From assembly GCF_018350175.1 (NCBI RefSeq), contig NC_058368.1:78122001-78186000 (forward strand): DNA of 64,000 nucleotides. Reading direction: 5' to 3'. The notes under the pieces were generated by a model that did no database searches, was not told where the DNA came from, and was given only the letters and a program-made list of their open reading frames with translations. Position numbers and translations under genes: made by a program. Below, one piece after another: positions 24,890 to 37,160 of this stretch. Numbering within the stretch: position 1 is the first letter of the stretch; every line of letters starts with the position of its first letter. This DNA comes from Felis catus (taxonomy: Eukaryota).

Positions 24890-25800
24890 TCAACATAGCA
24901 AATCAACATTGGTCCTTTAACTCTGCCTTTGATGTGAAAAATACCATTTTCTTTCTACTACTTGGCAAGGACCCACTGAAGTCACCCTCATGTAGTCTGC
25001 AAATATTTTCACTACAGAACATCTCACTACTCTGTTGTATCGATGAAGTCACGCTAATTGAACCTGATGAGCAGGTGGTGGCAAAACACTAAAATGCCTT
25101 TACCAGCAGACACGTGTGGCACAGGGTGTGGGATACACCCCCTGAAAATTCAGAAGCCCATTGCTCTGAATGTCCAAGGATCTGGAATGTGTGCCTACCC
25201 TTCTGAAGTGGGAGATAAAATGCTATACATTGCACTCAAATGTGGCACAGTATATATGTCGGTCCTTTTTACCTCTGTAGTCGGCATGTAGTATATTTTG
25301 GGGGCTGGCTTGATCTATGTGCTACGTGTCCCATTGAATAGCTATTTTGAATGAGGCCCAGGACAAGAGAAGATAGAGACTTTCCGTCAGGTCCAGGCTG
25401 CTGGAGCTTCTCTAGCATGTGGGCCTTAAAAGCCAGAATACCCGATGGTAATTGAGGCGTTTAGGGGAGATGGACTTGCTTCTGGAAGTCTCCAATAATA
25501 CCAACACAGACTTCTCAACGTCTAGAGAAAAGTTCCTGCCATTGCACATATAACGATGCTCCATTAGGGAAACTGCTCCTGGCTTCTCCTGAGACCCAGC
25601 AGAGACTGAATGCATGCCTCTTCAGACTTTACATAACCACTGCCCATCATGAACGGATGGCATCTGACCCCAACACCTGAAGACTGAGCGTGCTCAACAG
25701 CCATCCCTAATCATGCGGGAAATGGTTTGTAAGAGATCGGGTGTGATCCGGTCCGCAAGGTCCAAATAAGTCCACGTGAGCCGGTGGCTTGGATGCAGAC
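24890..25800 (+). mobile_element. Decayed ERV-L internal pol fragment (RT plus connection region)
   Basis: ORF 24829-25092 FDVKNTIFF...SLQNISLLCCIDEVTLIEPDEQVVA resembles ERV-L RT (IDLANAFF...LPQDITLVHYIDDIMLIGPSEQEVA). Downstream DNA follows ERV-L pol collinearly (FEWGPEQEK...QVQAA; LPIMN.V.SDP; KW..RDR). Confidence 0.85.
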
Positions 25801-26392
25801 CGGTGTCCTCAGGAGGAATGAAAACAGGGGCCTGTGCAGAAGCCACACTCAATGGGCAGCGGACTGCCACTTGGTTACGCCTTGTCAGGAAAGTAGCAGA
25901 AAGACAGTGATGAGGCCGACCTTCCCCGTAGACAGAAAGTCTAGCTGCCTATGTGGTTGCTCACTTTGTGTTTGAGAGAGGTAAGAGTAAGCTGCCTCAT
26001 GAAATATCTGATGTGAGGAAGAGAAAAACATGAAAAGTCACAGAAACTATGAACACAACCGATTTTATTGTAATTAGCCATTTAATATCCAGTGAATCAC
26101 GCAAAACTTGTGTGTGTCCCGCTTACATCCGAATCCATGAAGAAATATTACCTCTAAGTTCTATAAATGAACAGAATCTACGTGTTTAAAGTTCCACTTT
26201 GGCAAAGGCTGCTCTTGGACTGAATTCTATTTCAAAAATTTGAAAAACGGATTGCCGGAAATGTTAGAGTGCAGTCTCAATTCGACTTCTTCTAAGGTCT
26301 TAATTTAGGGACCAGTGAACATTTTCCATCTAAGTGAAATCCCTTTCACAATAACAAGGTCAACAAAGCTTAAATTATGCAGAGATGACAAC

Positions 26393-26587
26393 AGAGAGAG
26401 CGTGCTCACAAGCTGGGGAGGGGCAGAGAGAGAGAGGGAGACACAAAATCCGAAGCAGGCTCCCGGCTCTGAGCTGTCAGCACAGAGCCCAACGCGGGGC
26501 TCGAACTCATGAACTGTGAGATCATGACCTGAGCCAGAGTCAGACACTTAAGTCAGACACTTAACCAACTGAGCCACCAGGCACCCC
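26393..26587 (-). mobile_element. CanSINE, tail-truncated, with a 13-bp internal duplication
   Basis: agtcagacactta occurs twice in tandem at 26538-26563. Confidence 0.9.
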
Positions 26588-26699
26588 AGGACTCTTTATC
26601 AGTACACTACCAAGCCTGACTTTTTTCATGTTAAAAATTTTTTTAAGGAAATGAGAGAGTGTTAGAAATAGAAAATGTTTTAATTGACTATTTCCCTTT

Positions 26700-26840
26700 A
26701 AATTAAGTATTCTTCCCATTTTAGAAAGTGGAAAGAGTGGGCTGACACTGGCTCGCAAGTGCTCAGGATCATACCTGGAATATGGCTCAGTTGGAATGCA
26801 AACTCAAATTTCTAATCAGGCAAAGTCCATGATCTTAATT
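26700..26840 (-). mobile_element. MIR fragment
   Basis: ttcccattttag...aggatcatac...caaactcaaatttct...caaagtccatgatctt. Confidence 0.55.
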
Positions 26841-27191
26841 TTTTAATTTATTTTTAAATGTATATAAAATTCATAAATATATTTATAAAATGTCATAAGT
26901 ATATATGTGACTGTATTTGACTTGTATATAACACATATACACACACGCAGTTAAAAATAATATAATATAATAATATGAAGTAGTATACTGATGTCTCCTG
27001 TGCAGTTTAAGAAATTGAAAATGAGCAGTGTTTTTGGTGCCTCCTGAATTCTTCTCTCTTCCATTACTCGTCACCCAGAGGTAACCCCTAATCTCAGTTT
27101 CATTTTAGCCATTTCTGTGTTTTCTTTTGTAATTTACTGTCTATTCAATCTCTAAGGTATATATCATTCACTTTGATCTGATCTATAAAAT

Positions 27192-27386
27192 TGTTTTAAT
27201 GCTTATTTATTTATTTGGAGAGGCGGGGGGAGGGGCAGAGAGACAGGGAGAGAGGGAATCCCAAGGAGGCTCCCTGCTACCAGCGCAGAGCCCAATGCAG
27301 GGCTCGAACTCACGAACCATGAGATCATGACCTGAGCCCAAATCCAGAGTCTGATACTTAACCAGCTGAGCCACCCAGGCGCCCCC
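27192..27386 (-). mobile_element. CanSINE
   Basis: Full body within old L1-like AT-rich sequence. Confidence 0.93.
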
Positions 27387-28394
27387 TTTGATCTGCTCTT
27401 AAGTGACAGAAATACTGTGTCTATTTTCATTGCTATATTGTACTCCGTGGTCTGAGGACATAATTTGTCCATTTTCCATTTGTGAACAACTGAGTTGTTT
27501 ACTTTTTTTTCCTCTCTAAACCATGTTGCTGAGCACATTGCAGTCCACGCTGTCCTCCACACATCTGACGGAGGGAGAAGTTGGGGGGTGGGGGGAGGCG
27601 CAAAAGCAGGCGGCCGCTGGCCTGTGTTGCAAGCCTCAGCTTCCTTTGGACTCTGTCCCCCAGGTTGGTAAGTGCCGGCCGACAGGAAGCTGCTATCCAC
27701 AATCCTAAAAGCGGGATCTCAATGTTGTCTCAGTTGTTGAATGCGCACCCCCCCAACTCTGGGCATCAGGATATTGGCTATCTGCACCTCCCCCCGCCCT
27801 CCCCCCCCCCCGGATTTCTTTCCAGGGCCCTGGGACTCCTCTTGTATTCTATCCTGCCATATCCCCTACTTCCATACTGTCACAAATAGAACTTCTGCTT
27901 TCTAGGAGAATTCTAAGGGCACACAGCAGTGGGCGTGGTTGTGGATACAAAACACTGAGAAATGGGAAAAATGGGTGTGTTTAGCCACATGACAAATGGG
28001 CTTGCACGATGAATTGTTTTGCTCCAAAATCCTGTTTTTCGCAGCAGAGACTTTTTATTTGCATTCCTCTTGTAACATTACTCATCTTCTCTGCAGGCAA
28101 ATGAACCGCCTGGGGCCACGAGGCTTCAAGTTGTGCATTTGTAAGGATGTTTCACAAAGACACATGAATACCTCTCAGGATTTTCTCTGTTGAAAAACTC
28201 AGACTGAAAATGTGCTGCGGGTCAGCATTAGGTGAGCCGAGTTCATTTTCAAGGTGAGAGGAAAATAACGGTGGGATTTTAAAACAATGGATCCAGTTTG
28301 GAATGAACACTGAACACTAAGACACAGGAGCCAACTGTTTACAGCTTAGGCGCTGAGATGCCCGCAGGCCATAGATGGACGCGAGAGGCTCTAA

Positions 28395-28590
28395 AACAGG
28401 GTTCATCAAAACCGAGTCGAGATTATCACTTCAGAGTCTTGACATGAGCTTTTTTTTTTTTTTTTTTTTTTTAGTGAAACCGTGGGCACCTACCTACCCA
28501 TTGGGAATATCCTAAATCCAGGAGTTTGGAGTGGCTCAAGATTCTCCATTTTAAGAAATGGAAGTTCTCCAGATGATTGGAATGAATGGC
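28395..28590. mobile_element. MER5-like hAT MITE (degenerate) containing a long poly-T run
   Basis: attttaag...gttctccagatgatt terminus typical of MER5. Confidence 0.45.
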
Positions 28591-29388
28591 TTAGTTAAAG
28601 GAGAAAGTTCACAGCCTACAGGAAGCACAGAGGCACCACACGCACACTCTTCTCCATTGCACCCCTCTTCCTAAAACTACCACTTGCACAGAGGAGGGTC
28701 GCTTTGCAGGCACTAAGGAAAAACGTCCTCGCGGATCCTCATGAAAGAATTTTAGCTTTGCCAACATGGTGACGACAGTTGCCATTGTTGTGTGGTGCGT
28801 TTGACAGTTGAGAGAATTGGACTGCAAGAGTTCCAAGAGGGGAAAATAACACTGTTTCTTGACATATGAAATGACAGATGTCAGCTAAACTCACGGCGGT
28901 CATTGCACGATTTGTGTTCGGTCCCATCATCCGGCCGTGTGCCTTCAATGTACCAAGCGCATCACACGAGAACTGGGGAGAAAAGGAAACCACTTGTGAA
29001 ACACTGGCCAGGTTTTTTATTCTGGGGACGCTCTTTGTCACTTCCATGCCAATGAACAGAAAAACATCTGAGGGTTCTAAATGACTCTGTTTCGTGAGCA
29101 AGTGTTTGATGACCTCTCCTTTTTGCCAGCTGACTAGTACAGCTCTGTCCTGTGCCCCAGCTACCGATGGGGATGTGGCTGAGCAAACGGCCAAGTGCTC
29201 AAAGTGTAAAATCAACCCGGGGTTTCAAAGGCTTAGTATAAAATAACAATGTAGACTATTTCAATAACTTGCATGCTAACTACTTATTGACATAATGACG
29301 TTTTGGATATTTGGGGTTAAACAAAACATATTGCTGAAGTTATTAATTACTCCAATTACTCAAATTCACCTGTTTCCATTCACGTTTT

Positions 29389-29605
29389 ATTTTTATTTAT
29401 TTTTCCAAGTTTTTTTAAAACTATATTTACTTATTTATTTTTGAGAGAGAGAGAGAGGCAGAGAGAGAGTGAGAGAAAATCCCAAGCTGACTCTGCCCTG
29501 TCAGCATAGAGCCAGACACGGGGCTTGATCCCACGAACCGTGAGATCATGACCTGAGCTGAAACCAAGAGTTGAATGCTTAACAGACTGAGCTGCTTAGG
29601 CGCCC
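29389..29605 (-). mobile_element. CanSINE
   Basis: Full body. Confidence 0.92.
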
Positions 29606-29617
29606 TACATTCACTTT

Positions 29618-29842
29618 AAAAAAATTCTTTTGAATGTTTATTTACTCTTTAGAGGGACAGGGAGAAAGAGACAGAATGAGAGCAGGGGAGGGGCAGGGAG
29701 AGAGGGGGACACAGAATCCAAAGCAGGCTCCAGGCTCTGAGCTGTCAGCACAGAGCCCGACACGGGGCTCTAACTCACAGACTGCGAGATCATGACCTGG
29801 GCCTAAGTCGGACCCTCAACCGACTAGCCACCCAGGCGCCCC
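29618..29842 (-). mobile_element. CanSINE
   Basis: Full body; TSD ccctacattcacttt at 29603 and 29845. Confidence 0.93.
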
Positions 29843-30289
29843 AACCCTACATTCACTTTTTGAATATGGCAATCGGAAAGTTTTAAGTTACCCATGTGAC
29901 TCTCACAAACTGCCTTGTATTTATTTCTATTGGAAGTACTTCTCTAGTGTGTTAATTCTCCTAATCACGATTACTTAAATAAAATTATGCTTTTACTCAG
30001 ATGTGTGAAATAAATCTTTATGTAAACAACAGAAAGCCTGACTGGCACTTAAATAAAGCAATTAAGCAATAAGCTGCAAGAAAAAATCGTATCTGGGTGT
30101 TTTGAAAGAGAAATGTGCATTAAAATTCGATCTGGATAATTTAAATATTCCCTGGCTTTCGAAAGCATGAATTTTGTTTTAAATTGTCTTAATGTCTTCA
30201 CACATATCTAGGCATATATAATTGCATGTGGCTGCGTGAAATATCACCCCTATTTCTTTTTAAGTGCCTTTATGCTCAACTGTCCCTTT

Positions 30290-30830
30290 TCCTATATCAC
30301 AATCTCCAAGCTGACCTCCACATGTTAGCCAGGGGAGTGGCCTGGCACAGAATCTTCCTCCTTTTCTGTGCTCACATACTCACGCATGCATATGCATAAA
30401 CTGACGTGTATATTGTATGTGCATACATGTATCGCTTCTCATTTTGCTTTGCTAAAAACGGGTTCATCCCGTGTACATTTTTTCTCAATTGTTCCTTTTA
30501 CACTCAGAGCTCCTTGTGGGCACCACTCCAAGTCAACTTGTGATGTTTTAACTTATTTTCAATGGCTGGAGAATGTTTCAAGATGTGAGCACAGTGGGAT
30601 ATATTCAGCCACTTCTCTTCTGATGGGCACTCTTTGATTTTAGGTGTTGCTTTTGTGTCTTTTCCTTTCTTGTTTGGGGGGAGGGGACATCACATGCAAG
30701 GCCTTCATAAACACCTGCACACTTTTGTCATTTGTTCTTGGACTTTTATTTCTGCGGGAGAGTTTGCCAGAGTTGATAGCACTGTCAAGAGATTTATACG
30801 TGGCACATACATGTTATGTATGTAGTAAGT
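30290..30830 (-). mobile_element. Ancient L1 (L1ME-like) fragment
   Basis: tatattcagccacttctcttctgatgggcac and related antisense L1 3' motifs. Confidence 0.55.
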
Positions 30831-30864
30831 AAATATGATTTTGCATTTAAAAATGATGCATTGA

Positions 30865-31101
30865 GAGGCACCTAGCTTAAGTCGGTTAAGCGTCCCACTT
30901 CGGCTCAGGTCATGATCTCGCAGTGTGTGAGTTCGAGCCCCGCGTCGAGCTCTGTGCTGACGGCTCGGAGCCTGGAGCCTGCTTCAGATTCTGTGTCTCC
31001 CCCTCTCTCTGCCCCTCCCCTGCTCATGCTCGGTGTCTGTCTCTGTGTCTCAAAAATAAATAAACGTTAAAATGTTTTAAATAAAAATGAAAATAAATAA
31101 A
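30865..31101 (+). mobile_element. CanSINE
   Basis: 17-bp TSD taaaaatgatgcattga. Confidence 0.94.
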
Positions 31102-31309
31102 TAAAAATGATGCATTGATGCATAGTTCTCTGGGAACGGTGAGAACAAATTGATCCCAGGCAGAGGGAATATTCTTGTTTTTCTCAAGTTTCGCCAGCGT
31201 GGTGCCTGCCTCCCAGATCACTGCTGCCTGCACTCCTTGTGAATGGGGACATTGGTTTGTGTCGGCCAGTTGGACATTCGCATTTGCTCTTGTATAAACT
31301 GACAATTTG

Positions 31310-31715
31310 AAACAGCACTCTTCAATAAAATTTTCAGATGCCAGAAATATCTTTTGAAATGCAGCAACGTGACTGAGAAACTGAATTTTTAATTTTTTTA
31401 ATTTTAATCATTTTATTTATTTATGTTTAATTTTTTTTAATGTTTATTTATTTTTGAGACAGAGAGAGACAGAGCATGAACGGGGGACGGTCAGAGAGAG
31501 AGAGGGAGACACAGAATCCGAAGCAGGCTCCAGGCTCCGAGCTGTCAGCACAGAGCCTGACTCGGGGCTCGAACCCACGAACACTGCGTGAGATCATGAC
31601 CTGAGCCGCAGTCTGACTCTCAACCCACTGAGCCACCTAGGTGCCCAAATTTTAATCAATTTAAATGTAAATGGCCACCAGTGGCCACCGGCTCTCATAG
31701 TGAGCCTTGCAGACG
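31310..31715. mobile_element. MER3-like hAT MITE split by a SINE
   Basis: gtgactgagaaactgaatttttaatt...ttaaatgtaaatggccac. Confidence 0.65.
31410..31647 (-). mobile_element. CanSINE
   Basis: Full body; TSD aaattttaatca. Confidence 0.93.
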
Positions 31716-33274
31716 TGGATTCTTATCTAACTTTTTATTCACTTTTTTTCTTTAATTTGTTCATTTGTTACTATCAAAGAGGACTTCCCATATTATAAAA
31801 ATTAACACTTTATCATCTGTGTTACATTTCTTTACATTTAGCTTTTGATTACTTATTCTATTTTATGTTTTGAAAGGGGTTGGAGGAATAGGCATAAGGC
31901 ATGTATGCAAATGACATACATTAATATGTCTTCTTTTTAAATGTTTCCCAATAAAACTTGATATGCATTTATGCTTTATGAAAGTTTCACAAATAGAGTG
32001 AGAGAAGAGCGAATATCTTGCACAGTGCTTTACTGTTTCTCCTTAAACATATAAAGTATATTCTAAACTGTTGCACTTTTTATATTTGAATATTTAGTGC
32101 TTAATCCATGCCATAGCTTTGAGTTATTCATTCATTAGGATATGTTGTATGCCAAAAGCAACCTGTGGTTTTATTGTTCTACAGATTAAGCCACTGGATA
32201 AGCTAGAAGCTCATGTGAACCAGATTGCTAAGTACTAAATCGAGGTTAAATGGTATTAAAAAAAAAAAAAGATAACTTCAAACTTACATAATTGACTAGA
32301 AACCTTTACTGTGGGAGTGTAACAAATGGCTGGGAGCATATAAGATAAAAGCGGAGTAGATTCTGGTTTAATCTCTCTTTTTTAACATACAGCAAATTTA
32401 TGTGTGTCAGTCAGTTAAGGAGAAGTTGTATTTTTATTGCATACAGGCAATAAAAATAGGACAGTTGTAGTTTTTTTCACACCAAGAAAATTGTGAATGC
32501 TTTCACATATGTTACCAAGATTTTACTTGTGCAGAGACACAATATTGCAAATTTTCTTTGAGGTTATAATGCACTGTTGATTCAACAGACATTCTACTTA
32601 TACCATTTCATGAGAATAATTTGTCTTCATTTATTTTGGGTTAAAGGATTGACAGTTCGCTCACTTTTCACCATTGTCTCAACGTTAAAAATTTTGTATT
32701 TACAAAATAAATAACAGTATTCTATTCATTAATAATGTATTGTAAAATAAATAATGACACCTGCTTATTGAAGAAAGTATAGAAAACCTGAACAAATCAT
32801 AAGGGAAGAACTAACGACTAAAAAGTATAGGAAAAACATGAAGAATGAAATAAAACCCAACTCTCGTCAAATTAGAGATATGTTTTATTTATTGAAGTGA
32901 CACTGTGTAAACCATTCGAAAAGGATTAATGAAGAATTATGTAACATATCAGCAACACAGCTTTAGTTTGCTACATGGTATTTCATCCTATGTCAGACCA
33001 CAAGTATGGAATCATCACTTAATCCCATCATCCGCAGGTGGCAAATTAGAGGTTCTACTCACAGAAACAGGGCAGGATTACTCCAGTATGTTCAACTTGA
33101 GGGCTAGGTATCCTAGAGCAAAATGGATTTCAAACCAATGAGGTCAAAGTGCCATTTACTTAGAGAATCTGGTTTCTTCTAGGGCCTTTACTACTAAATT
33201 CCCTACTTTAAAATGTTTTAAAGTTTCCTTTTAGAATAAAAGTTTAATCTCAAAAACGTTTCTGTGTATCTGTC

Positions 33275-33432
33275 AGAGACTCTAAGTTTCAAAGCCCCAC
33301 ATTTACACAAGTTCCTTCCAAGTCCCGATACCTGTGTTTTTATCTCTAACTCTGGGTGTGCTCTCTCCCCCTTATCGTTGGCTATCCAAATTATATAAAT
33401 TTCAGGTCCCGTGAAACTTGGATGCAACCCTA
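33275..33432. mobile_element. MER53-like hAT MITE
   Basis: ccttccaagtcccg...caaattatataaatttcaggtccc...aaacttggatgcaaccc. Confidence 0.6.
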
Positions 33433-34284
33433 GTGTCAGTTAAGTATGTTGTCATCACCAACTTTTTATCTTAGAGCACAATGTTATGGATCCAAAGTAT
33501 ATTGCAAAGTATAAAGATATCAATCTTCTCTGATATAAGCTGTATAAAGCATGTCAAGTTGCTACCTTCTAGAATTCTGTGTAAACGTAATTAGATTCTC
33601 TTCTTTGGCCCCCACCCGCCATTTCCCCCCTCAACACTCTATTGGTAAATAACAAAGCAACTGTCCCAGGCATCTGACTCCATGGCCTCTTTGCCTGTTT
33701 TTCACGTTAGCAGACTTAGTGCTCCCGTAGTGGTCCACGGTTTTTAGATTGATACATGACAGACGGAGGTATCAAGCAAAGATGTTAGCATCAGAATGGA
33801 AGTTCCCATGCAAAGAAAATCCACAATGGAGAGAAGTCTCTTAAGGAGTAAGTGGACTGGAAGTCCATATTTGGCTTTGTTCTTCCCTAAATGCAATCTC
33901 GAGAATCTTGTAGTTGGCTTTCGTAGATTTACCGATACGATCTCAAATTCTTTTGAAAATCAGACAGAACACATACTGACATTTCGTTTGCTACTTTATG
34001 GAAGATCAACATTTTCTAACCACATTTGTCTAATTACTGATTTTATCATCAAGGCCATCTACAGTTCTGTGCAACGTTGATGGTTTCAGCAATCCTGATT
34101 CTTTGCAATTTTGCACTCACATCTGTGTTGTCAGATGTAATATAAATTATAAATTCTTACATAGTTACTTTCAGGAAAGAGAGGCAATAGCATGTCTATT
34201 AGTGAGATTGATTCATTGTTGCCAAAGCCTTGGGGACTTAAAATGGAACTTACTAGAAAAATAGTATGTATAGAATTGACTCTT

Positions 34285-34430
34285 GGAGGTAGTTTGGTAT
34301 GATAGAGAAAATCTACATGGTAAATAGATTTGTAAATTCTTGCTCTACTATTTACTTCTCCCTCAGAGAGTTACTTCATTTCCATGTTTTCAATTTCTCA
34401 TCTATAAAATGGGAATGATGGTTTCAGCCT
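34285..34430 (+). mobile_element. MIR fragment
   Basis: tttctcatctataaaatgggaatgat core. Confidence 0.65.
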
Positions 34431-34973
34431 CCATTGGCCACTTTGTCTTTACTCCTTCCTTGACAACCAAGTAAGGAAGTTACTCTATTATCTTCAGCAT
34501 CATTTCCTTGGATCTGTTCTATTTTTATGGCGCTATGCCTTTGAATTATAGTGGACCACTCCCCAAATCTCTATAGTCTATGGATATTCCTCCTTCCCAT
34601 GAAACTGCCACCCTCTCTAACTCACACGGATTCTCTTCCTTGTTTGTCTATGAGTATTCAGGAAGACATACTCATGGTAACCTTGCTAAGTGCCTAGCAT
34701 TTATTAAATTCAATAATAATAACAATAATAATATTATGTGATCAATATTTGCTAGTATTTCAGTAGATATTTCCTCAAAGGAGTTGGGTTAAAACCCACA
34801 TATTATGTCCCGATTTGAAGAGCAAATCTTTTAGGATTGTATTGAAATAACAGATTCTCTTTCCTTTCCAGAAATTATCATAGTTCTGGTAAGACATGAA
34901 AATGGCGGTTTCATCTGAACTACACTCTACCTTCCTTCCACACTATGTTTTACCAAATATAGAAACCAATCAA

Positions 34974-35173
34974 GGGCATCTGGGGGGCTCAGTTGGTTAA
35001 GCATCTGACTCCTGATTTGGGCTCAGGTCATGATCCCACAGTTCCTGAGTTTGAGCCCAACATCGGGCTCCGCACTGACAGTGGTGAGCCTTCTTGGGAT
35101 TCTATGTCTCCCTCTCTCTCTGCCCTTCTCTCTCTCTCTTTCAAAAATAAATAAATAAACATTAAAAAAAAAA
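34974..35173 (+). mobile_element. CanSINE
   Basis: Full body; TSD agaaaccaat. Confidence 0.93.
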
Positions 35174-35838
35174 AGAAACCAATAATACTGAAAAAAAAAG
35201 GCAAAAGTAGTCCCAACCTATCACTAACTGCCAGATGTTAAGACAACTCTTCACTCTAAATATCCTTTATTCTAAGAGAGAGAAAAGTATTGTTGTCTAG
35301 AAAGTGCATAATAAATGTAAATACCTTAAATATTTGATTTTAAATATCCTTTCCTCAAGGGAAATTTTAAGCAAAAAGGAGAAAAGTAGATGACAAAGCC
35401 AAATATTACATTTAAATGCATTGTTGGATTTATATGGAAAAAGACCTACAACAAAAATCTATTTACCCATGTCATTCTTGACGCTCATGTATGCCTAGAT
35501 GTTATAAGCAAGTCCCACTCTTGTATTTGTTTTTCATTCATTTATTACTCACAGGCATCTATGCTGTGTGAGGCACAATGCTTCTCAGTTTATTTAATAA
35601 ATTACATAATCCACTTGAGAGATCAGGAAATATGTTTTTTTTAATCTGTAATTCATCTGTATTGGTTTACCCAATGTACTTGATTCTTCCCTCTATTTAA
35701 TGATCCCATGTGGCCTCACTTTTGCCCCTAGACCAGAGTTCATTCTCATGAATGAATAAGTGATATCAACCTAGTTTGTAAGTTACAGATACTTTTCTAC
35801 ATTATTGTGAGACAAGTTTTAATAAAGGAACGTGAAGC

Positions 35839-36063
35839 GGGGTGGCACCTGGGTGGCTCAGTCGGCTCAGTCGGTTAAGCATCCAACTTCAGTTCAGGTC
35901 ATGATCTCATGGTTCACGGGTTTGAGCCCCTCGTCGGGCTCTGTGGTGACAGCTCAGAGCCTGGAACCTGCTTCAGATTCTGTGTCTCCCCCTCTCTCTG
36001 CCACTCCACCACTCACACTGTGTCTCCCTCTCTCTGTCAAAAATAAATAACGTTAAAAAAAAA
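35839..36063 (+). mobile_element. CanSINE with a duplicated ggctcagtc in the head
   Basis: ggtggctcagtcggctcagtcggtt. Confidence 0.93.
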
Positions 36064-36207
36064 TGTGAAGAGATTTCCAGGGAACAGACTCTCCATGGCT
36101 AACCACAGAGAGGAGGCCACATTCAAAAGGGCAGCAGGCGGGGGGCAGGGGGCGGGGTGGTGGTGGTGAGGGAGAAGAGCCTATGAAGTAAAAGATACTT
36201 GTGGCAT

Positions 36208-36433
36208 GGGGCGCCTGGGTGGCGCAGTCGGTTAAGCGTCCGACTTCAGCCAGGTCACGATCTCACAGTCCGTGAGTTCGAGCCCCGCGTCGGGCTCTGG
36301 GCTGATGGCTCAGAACCTGGAGCTTGTTTCCGATTCTGTGTCTCCCTCTCTCTCTGCCCCTCCCCTGTTCATGCTCTGTCTCTCTCTGTCCCAAAAATAA
36401 ATAAAAAACGTTGAAAAAAAAATTAAAAAAAAA
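36208..36433 (+). mobile_element. Young SINEC_Fc-type CanSINE
   Basis: Perfect 17-bp TSD aaaagatacttgtggca at 36190 and 36434. Confidence 0.96.
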
Positions 36434-36656
36434 AAAAGATACTTGTGGCAATTAGGAATGGCCATTTTATGGGTTTGTTCATCTATCCAAACAACAGATA
36501 AGCAAGATACTGTAATATGGAGGAGTTTGTGCTTTAACTTTAGATGCGGTCAAAATCTTGGCTTTCTCTGTAACTTAAATTTGACCCAGAGCAAGTTCAC
36601 TCCTCTAATTTGCCTCATCTGAAAAATAACTCAGGGTGTGGGTGGTGTTGTGAGAA

Positions 36657-37160
36657 AAGACACGGATGTTTTCCCAGAAGATCTTACTGGAACTTGGACC
36701 TGAACAGAAAGCAAGCTTCAGAAGTGGATTTGCCACTGTCTAGTCTTTGAGAACTCGAGACCTACCTAGATAGACACGTCAACATTCCAGGGTGGGGTGG
36801 CCCAGGACCATGGCGACATCATTATGTCCTGGAACACTGGAGAAACCAGGCTTGTCACTTTCCAGGGAGGTTTATTTCCGCCCCAAAGGGTTAGAGGAAG
36901 ATGGTTCAAGGCAGACTCTACGAAGGGAGAGGGAACAGTGGTCTGTCCCCTTCCCAGTCTACTCAGGTAACGTTGGTTTTCCTCTGTTCCTTGCCTAAAC
37001 CAGACTCCTGGGGGGGGGGGGGGAGGAGGTAGGACACTTGCCCTGGCTCTCCTCATGACGGCCCAGGGATAAGAACTAGGAGAAGGAACCACCTTGCTGT
37101 GTGCTCTGGGGTAAGGAATAAACCTCTCTCTGATCCAAAACCCCTGTGGGCGCACTTACA
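36657..37160 (+). mobile_element. LTR-like insertion splitting a MIR (MIR pieces at about 36530-36656 and 37222-37282)
   Basis: AATAAA at about 37117 then an end at cacttaca; MIR motifs gcctcatctgaaaaat before it and aatgcttatcacaatacctggtgcat after it. Confidence 0.45.

Larger units (their letters stand above)
29140..29945. mobile_element. MER33-like hAT MITE split by two SINEs
   Basis: aagtgtaaaatc...ttcaaaggcttagtat...ttttggatatttggggttaaac...ttcacctgtttc; resumes after 29860. Confidence 0.7.
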
